A stretch of DNA of 62,750 nucleotides, filler included, from Choristocarpus tenellus KU-1152 (Eukaryota; Protista; Phaeophyceae): NCBI GenBank assembly GCA_964200185.2. It is 10 parts of 10 records of this genome, joined end to end, with 100 filler letters (N's around TTAATTAATTAA, not from the genome) between each part and the next. Parts side by side here need not be neighbours in the genome. Positions count along the whole stretch, not along the records: positions 37,060 to 42,215 come from CAXNAD020011677.1; positions 42,316 to 45,493 come from CAXNAD020021750.1; positions 45,594 to 50,227 come from CAXNAD020013701.1; positions 50,328 to 62,750 come from CAXNAD020001842.1; 6 more parts are not named here. The stretch is one strand, 5' to 3'. The notes below the pieces were generated by a model. It had not been told where the DNA came from. It saw only the letters and a list, made by a program, of their open reading frames with translations, and made no database searches. Each line of letters begins with the position of its first letter. Position 1 is the stretch's first letter. Shown in pieces: positions 38,560 through 51,900 of this stretch. The position numbers were made by a program, and so were the translations under genes.

Positions 38560-41500
38560 CGCATCATGAGGATCGATCACTAATGTCAAAGGGAAACAAA
38601 CTCACCCAACTCATATCGTGACCTCCTTTGGATCCCACTCAGGAAACGGGGATTAAAGAGACTGCCCAAGACCAGTGCCGCCCGTTTGTGGAAGAAATCC
38701 AAAACGGACCAGATCATGGACCTCTTCCTCTCCATGTTTGTCAACCACAATGGTCCAGAAGAGATGGAAGGAAGCAGCCGCACTTGGAACGACCTTGCCT
38801 CTTGGTTGTTGGATGAGAAAAGCAGATTTGCACCGTTGGCGAGCGCGCAGCGAGTTGTGCTGGCTCGGGAACAACGTGAGTCCACGCCCGATCTCCAGGT
38901 CAAGACATTCCTAGAATGTGTAAAGAAAGGTCTTAGCACCGAGCACACACGCCAGGTATACAAATCCATCCTTGCCGGCATTGCTCCTGGTGTTGAAATA
39001 GGCGATGACGGGGTGACATCGACGTTTCAACCCCTTCTGTTCGTCACAGCAAGAAAATACGACATCAATATCGACACACTAAGGTCATCCGCCAAAAAAC
39101 GCACGAAACTCATGCGAGACATGCGGCGCCAGGCGAGCCCCTCCGCATCAGCTGCCGATGATGCTGGAGGATCATCTCCCGTATCCGACACCCAGGCCCC
39201 TCACTACTCTCCTCAAGGCACCGCCCACAGGTATGGAAGTTCGTTCTGATCAAACATCAACAGTGTGACAAACACAACTTGACCCCCGGGCGAACACGTT
39301 CACTGCATGTCCAAAACAAAATCATCACTAACAGATGACTGGATGATCCCTCATATCCTGGTGCACAACTGACACACGCCCCGCATCTCCCATCGTTGTA
39401 TCAGACAAAACAGCAGACGAGTCAACGTATCTTAGAGGGTAGAGCCGTGTCCACTTGGGGGCCAAAATCCAATGGTGCGATTTTGATGTAATTTTGGGCT
39501 TCGTGTTCGTTAGGAAGCGTCAACATCCTTGTGTCGGACATACAAGAGATACCTACTCCAAAAACGTATACATTTTATCTTCTCTGAAACGTTCGGAATA
39601 GGAAAATGTCATAAAAATACCTGTGGGAAGCCAAGCCCCAAAACGGACAAACAGGGCAAAACTCGTACCCTCTAAGATACTTTCACTGAGACCAAGGGTA
39701 TTCGACGTGGGAAGCGACAGCTCTTCGCGAAAGTTCGATATACAGCATCCCGATACACATGTTCTTGGTATCACCGTATGGGAGAGCAACAGCATCGCTA
39801 TGCCCTATGATCCGGTCATGATTCCACTCAGGGAATGCACTCCTTAGACCCGCATACAAACAAGAGAGTTTGCCGCCCGGATGCACTGTGCCAACAGCAC
39901 GCTCAGAGGTACTCTACACCAGCGAGTGTCATCGATCAACAAAACTTTGACATTACACTACGTACACATGGTGCAACCGACGTGACAACAGGTCACAGAT
40001 TGGGACAGATGAGGATGTCAACGCCAACTTCAGGGAGAGACTCGAACAGGACGGGACGTCAGGACCAATACCCTGTCTATCGACATTCGTGAAGTGGAGA
40101 CCGTTCTACACAAAAAATGACACGCCACAGTGTGTGCGGAAATAGTCTTTTCCATATTTAGGACACACGCTACAGTGATGATTGGGTAAGTCTATGTTTC
40201 CTAACTGCCACAGGGTACCCAGTCACATACTGCATCATCCGTGTCCACACACAAGGGGCGTTAACCCACCGTATCCCTCCCTCCACTCTTCCACGCAACA
40301 CAGATCGCGCTTTTGTATTCACCACATGACCACCGACTTCCAGGTGCAGTGCCTAAGAGAGAACTGGAAGAAAGTACATGCAAGGATGTTCTTTGGTGAC
40401 GATGGACAATGCACTTGCGCATGCACATGCGCATTCTGCGACAAAGGCAAAGGATGCGGGTCTGAAGAGGTGGAGGCCGCACTCGAAAGTGGTGCTCATT
40501 TAATGGCCTTCCTCTTGTAAGTTTCTATGCCAAACCACACCCACGACGTGGCGAATGCGTTATCGCGATGAGCTGGAATGGCATCCAAAATAATGAAACC
40601 ACTGTAGATACACACCAGCGTACTCGCCCTCAAACCGTTTCACTACGTCCTCTAAATATGTGGCAGCGACAGCCGGACTCCACTAGTGACGTTCGATCCG
40701 CTATTCAAACCTCTACACAGACAACAAAACCGCTCTTGGACTCATCAAAATAAAACAGATGCGAGAGGACCGTGCTGGAGCCCCTCAGCGAACCGCCACT
40801 GGCGATTTCTTGGGAAGTTTCAAAAATTCCTGTGTGGACGGTACATGTGACAGGTGTGACTGGAATTCTCATCCGATGTGGAAGTGCACTTGTATGTTGG
40901 ACTCTCACAGCACCCGTGTCACATGGAACGAGTTCGTCATCCACGCATACACCCCGGTGATGGAGGCGGACCTGCAACGAAAGACTTGCCAGGAGATAAA
41001 GGTGTGCCTTATCGAAACACTCACCAACTAGTTAGATTTGGAAGACGAACCTGTCCGGTTCCACCCTCACGCCGGGTCCAGGACCGACATGGCAACCTAC
41101 CCTACTAATCGACCATATCCCCATGCTCACATCCAGACCACACGCCCATGCTGCAAAAAAACTCTATGCCCGTCCACACTGCCACACAGGCGTCCTCATC
41201 TAGACTTGACATCGCCACCTCAAGCAGGACCACCAAATATGACATGATCCAGATGATCAAGGCAAAATATGCAGAGCTGAGGGCGGACAATCTCATGATG
41301 GACGATTTGATTATCGCTAAGTTCATGATGGGAGAGTCCACCCCCAACTTCAGGAGGAACAGGACCGAGGAGAATGATGACGAAGACGCCACAGGGTCTA
41401 CGGACAAACACAGCTGGAGGCGAAAGGTGAGGGACAGTTTCCTTCGACTAATAATTACTGTGTACACTGAATGTGTCATGGCGTATTCGTCAAACAACGA

Positions 41501-42215
41501 GCAGATGCTCCCTCCCACAGCACCGAACATAATCGATTACACCGCAACAAAGCCTGAATCACCACGACCTATCACCAGCAACAACGCTCGATACGCGACC
41601 ACCGGGCCTATTCGATGCAGGTGCTGTTCCCAAGGACGGAGGGATTCCCTACACTACTAAAGGTCATATTTACAAACCTTCGACAAGAGCTTCTTCCTTC
41701 ATCACAACACCACCATTTGTCAGGCGCAACAATACAAACACTGCAAATCTCGCCTCCCCAATGGACATGCCACCATGTTCATGGACTTCAGCGCCCACCT
41801 GCAACACAACCACCAAGACTTGACACAACAAGAGTTCTTCAATCTATTCCTTACGGCGCTTCTGACCACTGTCTGGTGGTTGAGGGATCTCAGAGAAGAG
41901 GGAAATCTTGGGAAGGGAAGGGTTTGGGCTCACAGCATGACAGTGTGCAGTGAAGACCAAAGCCAAGACAACGAGTTCTTCCAGAACGCCATGGAGTGTT
42001 TGTGAAAGACCACCTAATACCTCTAGCCAGTGAATACGGACAGACCCTGGAGGTCCTCCACATCTGGTCCGTTGGCTGCGGGAGCCAGTTCAAGAATAGA
42101 TGGATGGGAATTTCGGTAGTACACAACTTCTATATGCATCCTGTCACGGCAAGTCCTTCTCTGATAAAGTCGGGGCTGTGGTGAAGTCTGCTGCCAGGAG
42201 ACTGGAACTAGACGG
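38560..42215 (+). mobile_element. Decayed DNA transposon, Sola2-like DDD transposase pseudogene
   Basis: Across frameshifts: MDFSAHLQHNHQDLTQQEFF (41775-), CSEDQSQDNEF, LHIWS(V)GCGSQFKN, YASCHGKSFSDKVGAVVKSAARR, matching the DF.EN..Q / WSDG..QFKN / HGKG..DG.G..VK pattern of Sola2-type transposases; upstream Cys-rich segments (CTCACTCAFC, CVDGTCDRC). 5' boundary approximate. Confidence 0.7.
39419..39688 (-). mobile_element. MITE family 1 inserted in the transposase region
   Basis: GAGTCAACGTATCTTAGAGGGTA...TACCCTCTAAGATACTTTCACTG; AGAC on both flanks. Confidence 0.85.
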
Positions 42216-43359
42216 NNNNNNNNNNNNNNNNNNNNNNNNNNNNNNNNNNNNNNNNNNNNTTAATTAATTAANNNNNNNNNNNNNNNNNNNNNNNNNNNNN
42301 NNNNNNNNNNNNNNNGGGGTAATGGGATTCTAGTCCTGGGGTGAGATGATGGAATGAGGGGGGTTGTTTCAAGATATGGCTTGGGGCTGTGGCGATTTTT
42401 GTGGTTAAAAATATTGAACCCCCAAGCCTTACAAGCTTAGTATCACGTAGTTTTTAAGTATAAGGTGAGTTTGTCCATGATAATTTTTCTCTTGTTCTTC
42501 TTATGTCTTTTCTTAAGAGTATCTCAATTGAATCACAAGTATTTTGTGTAGAAGGACTTGAAGAGAGAATTTTTCTGAGTGGGAAATGCCTGATTGTGAG
42601 GTAAGATGCGGAGCGCATTGGTGGGATAGGGTTAGGGATTGGAGACTATTGTATTGAAGGGTGGATAGTTGAAAGTTGGTGAGGAAGTGGAACAATTGGT
42701 GACAGGTTTGAATGGAGTTCCAAAGATAGACTTAGGGGAGGGAGTAACCAGGGCATGGGATCTTCTCGCCCAGCAGGGTAGGATTCTGAGAGAGGAGGGT
42801 GAAGAAAGACTTGTTGCGCAGAGGCCTTTGTAAGAAGGTATCCATTTCTTTTTTTCAAGCCTGGTGACAGTTTCACTTGTGGTGCATATCCACCACACCT
42901 AAGGCACAAGATGTCGGTTACGTCCCAAGACTCCGAGCACAACGAAAACCACTGAGAATTAAAACCTTGTACTCCAGACAATGTTACGGTCCGGGAAGGG
43001 GATTGCCCTGGAGTTCTGTCTGTGTCAAACTTGATCCATGTGTGTTATCGAGTAGAGTTCTAAACCCTAACCCTAACCCTAAGAACCCTGTTGCCTGCGT
43101 GGTTTATTGTGAAGGGGAGCACTCGAGCGACACTGGTCTCTAATAACCTCTCCTCCTGTTTGTCTGAAAACAAGGGTTTTTTTTTTAGTGTATGTAAGGG
43201 CATCATCACGCATTGAAAATATTTATTTTTTGTATCATGCGAGTGTTACGCACGCAGTCCAAGGAAGAAGTTGGCAAAACTTTGATCCTGAGCCCTGACA
43301 CCAATGCCGTACCCAACACTTATCCCTTGTTGATAACGCCTTCCATCCTCCGAAACAAG

Positions 43360-43717
43360 CGTCACGAGGCCCGTTGCCGGCAGCGTGCAATGGTACTTTA
43401 CAGGGGAGAGGAGCTGCGGGTATTGTCGTCTGTGGTGGCCCAGAGGGTGGCCGACTCCACGATTGTGCTCAGGACGGACAGGGTATTGCACGCTGACGTT
43501 GGACTAAGAGCTGCCTTCATTGACCTGGTGTGTGGGTGTGGGTGTGTCCCTGTGTGCTATGACTGGGGCATGTGTTTGGCAAGCGTGTGTGCACAATGGA
43601 GACATACCATGCCCATGTGCTAGGGAGAAGTGCATCAGATTAACCCACCACACCTGCTCTCCTCAGGAGCCTTACACAACTCTCTCGGCAATGTTGAGCT
43701 GTCGACCATATGGGTCG

Positions 43718-43772
<55 letters not shown>

Positions 43773-44921
43773 ACTTTGTTTTTTTTTTTTCTTTTTTTTT
43801 CTTGTCTGGGCTTNNNNNNNNNNCCCCCCCCCCCCTCCCCCGGCGCCTTCCCCCCCCCCCCCCGCCATGTTGGGCTCTCCCCCCTTTTGGTCCCCCCCCC
43901 CCCCCCCCCCCCCCCTCCTCCTCCTTTCCCCACTCTTTCCCCGTGATAAGTTGTTTCATCTTCCTGAGCATGTTCTGGACCGGTGCTAATCCTACTTGTT
44001 TTTGTTTTTTGTGCCCTGAAAATAATAATATCAAATAATACAGCTCATGTGCTATCAGCCAAGGTGGCTCTTGCTTGGACTGGAAACTGTGTTTGGGGAG
44101 ATTGTGCCGGTGCCCCACGGTGGAGGGCGCAAGCTTGATAACACGCTTCGGGTGTTTGTTGGGGAGGTGAAGCAGTCCTCCCTCTCTATTGGCTTTTGGA
44201 GAGTTAGTGTTAGGGTCTGAGCTTTTTTGTTTTTTGCAAGTCTTAAGGTTGGGGTTAAGGGTTAGGGTTAGAGTTTCAAACTGCTGCATTGAAGCCATTT
44301 TGGTCAGTTCTGGAGTCTCACCGGGATTATTCGAAGGGTCTGAAGGTTTGTCAAGTAAGTGGGCAAGGTATGTACAAACGATCAAACCCCATGTTCTCCC
44401 TTGACCCTCCAACTTCGCCTTCCTAGGCTTGTGCTGTCCTTGGCCACCAATCTTGTACATGTATCAGTGAAAAAAAAATAAAGATATTATGGAACACTTC
44501 TTCGTTGTTGGTTTTTATCTATCTTTTTTTTTTCCTATCTCAAAGAATTCTCTGTAGGAAAAAGGTTCAGAGTTTATATCTGTGATCAATGATTGAATTG
44601 CCAACCCCACCCAGTCCAAAATCCTCTCTGGTTCTACTGTACAGCGACAATGTCAGTGCACCATCGCCTCCCCAAGACTTATCAAACCTGGCCCTGTTTT
44701 TTTCCCCTAACCCTGACGCATACCAATATAACTAACGGGGTCTATTTTTTGTTTTTGAAAATGCTGTTCAGCGTGTGATGAAATGTCCAGCCATCAAGGC
44801 CAAGTACGGCTTCAAGGGGCGCACGGGCAGCGGTCGTGTAGAGCACATGTACAATGAGGAACTTTCCCGGCACACGCTGAGAATTTTCTTGAACCTCATC
44901 ATCTTTCTCGACCGTGCCAAG
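43360..44921 (+). CDS. ASPM: Abnormal spindle-like microcephaly-associated protein homologue, internal exons
   Basis: Phase-0 exons 43360-43527, 44044-44166, 44772-44921: LRTDRVLHADVGLRAAFIDL|LMCYQPRWLLLGLETVFGE..|RVMKCPAI..EELSRHTLRIFLNLIIFLDRAK, the conserved region just N-terminal to the ASPM calponin-homology domain. Confidence 0.9.
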
Positions 44922-45426
44922 GTAGTTTACCTCTGGGGTGGTGCTTTTTCCCATTTTTTTCTTTGTTTTTTATTTTGTTCATATTTTTTTTTTCAAGAGG
45001 AGAGATTTTGTGTGCATATATGTATATATATATTGTGTGTATATATATATATTGGTATTCTTGTGTGATGATGGGGTCGGTGTTAGGGGTTAGGTTTGGG
45101 ATTGAAGGCAAAAAAGGATCGACTGGATAGATGATAGATGAGAGGGGTTTACTTTTATTTCTTGAAGATGGACTTTGATGTAACTGTCATGGGGGAAAGG
45201 GCAGGAGTGGATAGATTTGTTGCATTAGTTTGTTGGGGTGGGGAGGGCCTCTCGTCAGCACTAAGTACCCTTCCTTCCAAGGCAAATGGTGAGTGGCGCC
45301 ATCGCCTTATTTCACAGAATATGTTGCCATAGTAGCAAGCCCCTGAAACTCTGGGGATGAAGCCAGACTGCTGTTGCCATTTTGAATTGGTTGTGTAAGC
45401 CCTTTCTCCCCTCTCTGATCCTCCAC

Positions 45427-45457
<31 letters not shown>

Positions 45458-46836
45458 TTTTTTTTCTCCGGAGGGCGGCGCGGGTGGGCAGGGNNNNNNN
45501 NNNNNNNNNNNNNNNNNNNNNNNNNNNNNNNNNNNNNTTAATTAATTAANNNNNNNNNNNNNNNNNNNNNNNNNNNNNNNNNNNNNNNNNNNNAGAAAAA
45601 CGAGGAGGAAGAGATAGGGAGACAGGGGGAGTTGGGAGGGGAGGGGGGGGTGTATCACTGAAGAGGCGTACTTCGTTAAAAGCAAAAATACTTTTGAAAA
45701 GAAAAAAAGAAAAGAGCAAAAAAGACAAAAGAAGTGTCTCGATGCGCAACCCTGGTACGGCGGGGTCCACGCCCGTCAACAGAAATTGCACCCCCTATGT
45801 GCCCCCGCTGTTCCTACTCTGCTTCCTCAGGAGCAGGGACGACGTCTCGAAACGTCCTCGATCTCATTGCCTGCGGCAGCAGACCTAGGTGTCCGAACCC
45901 TATTTGCAGAAAAAATTATCTTCAGTGTGATGCAGGAAAGAAAGGGTTGAAGGGACAAGGGCTCTCGGCAACATGCCCACTCCCCTTGCACCCGATTGAG
46001 AGTCCTTTGAACAGTTAGTTACACGTTTCGAAATGTACAGCCTTAAGTCTTTTGAAGGTTGGTCTTCGAGGTCGACTTTGGAGTTGCTCACTGTTCACTC
46101 TGCTAGAGAGAGGGAGGGGCTCATTCAAATTTAAAAAAAAAAAAAAAGTCGTCGCCAATCACAACAATTAAATTGGACAGGGTTGGTTGGGGTAGAGGTC
46201 AGCAAAACCATCGAGCGCAGCGCCAGGTATACATCAACTTAGTGTCACACGAAAACTGGGATGAGTACACAATATGCGGTTAAGCTCCAGATTGCATTGC
46301 TTCAGTGGTATGTACTTAGCTTCTTGCAATTTGTTGGGAAAGGTCACACAGAGCACCTCGTCCTCGGCATAGATGTCCTTGAGGTGTTCTAAGCTATTAT
46401 TGAACCTATCTACAAAGCTGCAAGCAATTGAAGAGCGCATGCACTAGCATATAGCGCGCTTGTTTTTTTTTGCACGTTAGTGGAAAATGGCAACTAAACT
46501 TTGGAATTGCACCCGGCCTACCGAGGTAGAAAATGAAAACATCTATTGCACTGATGGTGACGATGAAGATACTGTCAAGGTGACTTGGGAATTCAAAATC
46601 GATATCCTATTTTCCTCACCATGTGCAGTGATCAACTGCACACGAGAAAGAACCCAAGCATGTAAAGAAAGTAGAGCACACTCCTACACAGCCTTTCCAC
46701 ATTTTAGTGGGGATGAGAACTGCAGGGTGGTGTACACCTCAGGGTGTACAGGAAGTACTGCCCTATCGATCCGTTCATGGTGCAGTTGACTAGAACCGAT
46801 ATGTAATTCCTTAATCTAGGGAGCATGACCGTATGG

Positions 46837-46847
<11 letters not shown>

Positions 46848-46882
<35 letters not shown>
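46848..46882. repeat. (TG)n microsatellite
   Basis: Direct dinucleotide run. Confidence 0.9.
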
Positions 46883-46883
<1 letters not shown>

Positions 46884-47118
46884 AGAGATCCACGGCATTC
46901 AAATCAATGGTGTACCCCAATGTACCTATTTTAACACCAACAAGCTTCACTATCGGGGAAAATATTGTAGGGGATGGATACACTCAGGGTGTAACAAAAA
47001 ACTAGCTTGTATGGGATAGGTAGGCAAGTAGACTGTGCGGGACCTTCCCTCTATTCTGCTTTCACAGCGCAGAAAGTTGGACCAATGCTACTCCACGCAA
47101 CCTCATCGGTTCACTCAC

Positions 47119-48190
47119 CTCCTTTGTGGAGGCACTTTCGAACCTAACTGAGTACATTGAACCTTTTCCGTGTGGTGAACTGTACCCTCTACATCCAGCA
47201 CGTTCCTCTGTTTCCACTTCCTCCAACCATCGATCGCGTTTCGATACCTCCCTGTGATTCGCACACCGATCTTCGAGCATCATTCCTGCCTCGCCCTCAT
47301 CACAAGCTTGAGACACCAAAACTGGTAGCGAGCAGCAACAGTGACCTGCTGCCACTGTGCCTGCCCAGAGTAGCTGATCATCACTCATCCTCCCTTCCCG
47401 ATGCCCTGATCTTCCTGTGTTTTCCCCATCAACTTCCGCGTCCTGACCTAGCCCATGCCTACTACTAACTGGATCAAGAGCTCGGAGTCGGACATATCGC
47501 CGCACCCCAAACCACCGTTGAAACGGGGTCACATCGAGGGAAAAGTCCAAGGACGTATCCTCAAGGGCACACGCGGAGAAGATATGGGAGCGATCGGGCG
47601 CTAGGTTGACGGTGGGGGTGAAAGGAGAATCCACAGTCAACTCAGGAATCGTCTCGAGATGTCTGCAGGACGGGGTGAGTTGACCCAGCAACACTACCTC
47701 ATAGCTTTCATCGTGATTCTCCACACACGCCGAAAGATACGAAGGTTTCTCGGTTTTTTCCCCTCCTTCAGCAAGTACCAAGGGAGATACAGGGACAGTC
47801 TCTGAGGGAGAGCAGGGTACATAAGTGGATACAAGTTGAGGAGTAGCGATAAGGTGGACGCCGATCACGTATAGACAAAAATTATGCATCCCAAAAAGAT
47901 TGCGGATCGATCGTATTTGATGCAAACATTAGTAACACCAGAATTTATTCAGAGAATCGAGAGCACAAACTGATTTCGCGCGACTCACCGTTGTCCAGGT
48001 GCCAGCTTCTCAACACTTGTTCAAGGTCGCAGATGAAACGTTCCCATGGTGTTACCGTTGAAAAATCCTCCCACGCACCCAACTGCTCGCTATCTTCTCC
48101 TAGATCTTCTCCGTGTTCGTAGCAAGGGGGGCAGCCCTCCTCGTCGCTCCCCTCGCACATGTCGTCATTGTTGAGTTTGTGTATTGTCAT
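47119..48190 (-). CDS. RAB3GAP1: Rab3 GTPase-activating protein catalytic subunit, N-terminal exons
   Basis: Exons 47989-48190 (WEDFSTVTPWERFICDLEQVLRSWHL) and 47119-47801 (FQRWFGVRRYV..LLWAGTVAAGHCCCSLPVLV..VRFES); start codon and downstream exons uncertain. Confidence 0.8.
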
Positions 48191-48746
48191 CGTCAAATCG
48201 TGCCTTAGAGAGAGCCAGTGTGTGGCAGGCGGATGGACGGTCGTAGATATTCTGTTATCAAACACCATCTTGAAATAATAAGCACCACACTGCACAACTA
48301 ATGATCATAAAGGAGAACAGAAACAGGTCTAATATAGAAACTTCACCAAATAGCATATCGAGTCGTGAGTGAAAACACAAGAAAAGGTGTCCCTGAATCC
48401 TAAAACCCTTCATTGCTGGTGAAATACTCAAAATCTGTAGTAAATGCTTTGTGTCCACCATGATAATAATAATAATAATGTATACACTAGTGTGTGTGGA
48501 TTGTGCTATGTTAACAGCTAACAGAAACAACGAACTTTCACAGCTTTTCTTCCTGTAGAGCAGCCACACCGTCCAAAAGATGGTTCACCAAACGAAAGAG
48601 GCACAAGAGTAGTACGACTAGAGCTAACTGCACCAACAGTTGGGTACTACTGCTGCTGGTACACAGTAGTTAGCATGAGAAGTGGCGTAGTGTGTAGTGG
48701 CTCTGACCATTGGACGGTGGGTTGTGACACTTGAGGCAAACGAATT

Positions 48747-48978
48747 GAGAGGTAGGCAGGGCAGCATTGTATAAGGGCCTCAAGAAAGAGGGGAAAGATG
48801 GCATCTGGTACATTGGAAGGAAGAGCCTTCTTTGCTTAATTCTGGTGTCGCTCTGTGGAAAAGGGGAACATCAATTTTGCGTAAACGTTTGTACAGATAA
48901 ACCAATGAAATAAGTAATATTGCACAGAGCAAGAACGATCGCTTAGAATGCAAAAGGGTCCAAACCTGCCTACCTCTT
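48747..48978. mobile_element. MITE-like family 3
   Basis: GAGAGGTAGGCAGG...CCTGCCTACCTCTT with AATT on both flanks. Confidence 0.6.
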
Positions 48979-51900
48979 AATTTGTTTGGGTCCTTTGCAG
49001 GGGGCATGTAAAGCGAAAGGATCGTTGATACAAACAATAATAATTAATAGTGACTATTCAATGGAAAATATTTCGGTTTGAAGAGCCTATATTCGTGCGT
49101 TATTAAACCGCACGCAAAGAAAGCAAAAACGGTGTTCCACCTCATCATGATACATGTTGTACGACATATTAAGTAACGTGGACGTAGGGGTAAGAGTAAA
49201 ACTAGTCCGATTTGGAAACCTCTCCCCTCCTCTCATACAACATTATTGGTACCAACCGTAACACCAAAACCTTGGGTGTGACCCAGTAAAAATATAAGGG
49301 TTTCCAGCAGAATCAAATATTAGAGGGATGCTTACAAAAAAAGCTATCTTACATGCTGAAAATAGCAAATAATAATGGCGAGTCTGATTTCGTTAATTCG
49401 TTGAGGAAATCAAGGACCCAAATATGAGTATCTATCCCACCTGCCAATTTCAAGAATTTGTATCCCTTACACACGAGCCAGGTAAGGCCCTACAGAGAGA
49501 TTTTTAACTTGACGTGCACGCTGGTTGATCCATGTCCAGATGAAACGTGTGTTGGTATTACCTGGGTGGATGGGTCAAGAAGAGTTGTTGCATCGGTTTG
49601 GTAGGTGACTGGGGGGCTAGGCAGCCAGTTGTCGACAACTATTCCACTTTCAGGGATTGACGAAGACAGACACACTAGTGTTTGCCACACCCTTGTATTA
49701 AAAATACTGACTACCAGTGTGGGTAATACTACTTACTACTAAACCCACAAAGTCTCTCGCGCGATTCTCGCATGGGTACGTGGCGAGGTTCTTCGTGCGC
49801 CCCCTCATACGACTGGGCAAAGAAACAAAAAGGCGTTTCCTCATCTGTATCTTCATGTTCACATTACTTGTAGGTACCTATATCCCATCAAGCAGTATAG
49901 TGGTGCTACGAGAGATATCCAAGCCATGTCATCGATTTGCTCGTGGGTCACGACAATGTGGGTTCGAGTCGTTCTCCTAACTTCGCTCGCTCTTGGACCG
50001 ACCCACGGTGCCAAGGCGAGTATTGACTAAGGGGGTTACGTATCCATTGCCAAAAGATGTCTTCCTGCTGTGATAACCGAGCCCGAAGCTCGTATGTCTC
50101 ACCTCGCCCCATCTCGTGTTGTGATGTTGACATCGAAATGTGGCAGAAGGAAGGGGGGGGGGGGGGTTCCTTGAGGCGGGGGGGGAAGTCTGTTTTGTGA
50201 AGGGTTGGTCCGAACGCATGTTTTACGNNNNNNNNNNNNNNNNNNNNNNNNNNNNNNNNNNNNNNNNNNNNTTAATTAATTAANNNNNNNNNNNNNNNNN
50301 NNNNNNNNNNNNNNNNNNNNNNNNNNNCTCCCTTACAGTTGTTCCCCCCCCCCCCCCCCCCCCCTCCCATCCCCTCCTGAAAACTGGTTGAATTGTCGCA
50401 GGTGCGATATCCAAACTTCTACGGCATTGACCTTCCTCACCAGTCAGATCTTTTGGCTTTTGGACTGGGGGAGGATGAAATAGCAGAGTCCATCGGAGCT
50501 GATGGAGTAGTTTTTCAGGCACGAGACACTTTAATGTGTGAAGACTCCCTTCTAGCTCTATAGCTTCTGCTCTCGAGGGGAGGATATTGAAACCACTCCT
50601 GACCTTGACCCCCTTTTTTTTCAAAGTGCAAGGTTGTTTTGGTGTTTGTATAAGGAATAGGGACTGGAGAGTCAATACCAAGGAAGGCAGAAATGTGTTT
50701 CCATGTGAGAGGTAGTGAAGGAGTCTTTGTTAGTGGGAGCATGTATTTCTTTCATGGACAGGCTCTCCCTCGGACTCTGTATCCCAAGAGCTTGTTCTTA
50801 AAAACAGAGTCGGTTGATCATCAATTTACGGCAGGCTGGGAAATTCTCTTGACGTAGCCTCTTCTTGATCACGATTTCACATCCTCTGCTTCAACCACCT
50901 GTCCCAGTACCCTTTATCTTGACCCTATCCAGCCTGTCATAGCAGTCTGATAGAGTTTGTATTGTACTTCATATTGCAGTAACCTTAACTTGAAAACCTT
51001 CCACCCACCCTCACTCCCTTTCTCTGATTCTCCTGAAATCCTGTTTGTCCAATTAACCCTGTTCGGCAGGACCTCTCCGATTTAGAGGACTGCGTAAGCT
51101 CTCTTAACCCAGGTATCTTTACAGGTGGCTTTGAGAACAGCATGTTCACAGGAGAGTACCTAACCAGAGATGGGGGAGGGGGGGCTTGGGCAGAAGGGGA
51201 TGATGTATCAATTGACAAGTCGCCTGGGGTGCTAGGTGTTGGGGGAGGGATAGGAGGTGTCGGAAGGGGAGGAAGTAGCGGTGCATCCGTCGTTGATATT
51301 ATCTGATTATTGAGTCTCCGTGTGGGGGATTGAGGGGCTGTTGTGCATGTGTGTCATAGATGACTGAGTGAGTAACAGTGAAAGACTTTGTGCATCATGC
51401 TTTAGTGTGTGCGTGTGCGTGCGCGCGCACGCGTGTTGGTTGTTTACACCAATAATGTGTGCAGGGGTGTGTATGTAATAGATGCATGTGTGAGTGTGCT
51501 TGCATGCCATTAGTAGTTGTGTAGGATGCATGGAGCGTATGCTTCTGACCTCGAGTGTAAAGTGTGATGGATGCACAAGGCAGTGAGAAAGTGTGATATT
51601 TGTAAATGCTGGCATTTATAATCGCCTGGCAATGTGCGTTTGCACGAGGCAAAGAGGTAGAAGGATCAGGGTGGTTAGGGAGGCTGTAGAGTAGGACACT
51701 GCAGAGAGATGTATCTGCAGCAATTGGTAAATGACTTGGCTGAGGTGAAGTGCCATTTCTTGTTCCTGCCTGTTTTATTTCGTAAAAGCACCCACTTCAG
51801 TGTTACGGCATGCTTCCTGTCCTGTGTTGTGTGTACCACCATACTGGTTTTGATCACATTTTTGTGCATGCATGTATGCATGTGCGGAATTTGTTGAAGT

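Noticed and set aside
43718-43925. Poly-Pro/poly-Gly ORFs
   Set aside because: Homopolymer C/T runs beside an N gap inside an ASPM intron; low-quality or low-complexity sequence.
50328-51300. Possible decayed retroelement or transposase
   Set aside because: No recognisable conserved motif in any frame.
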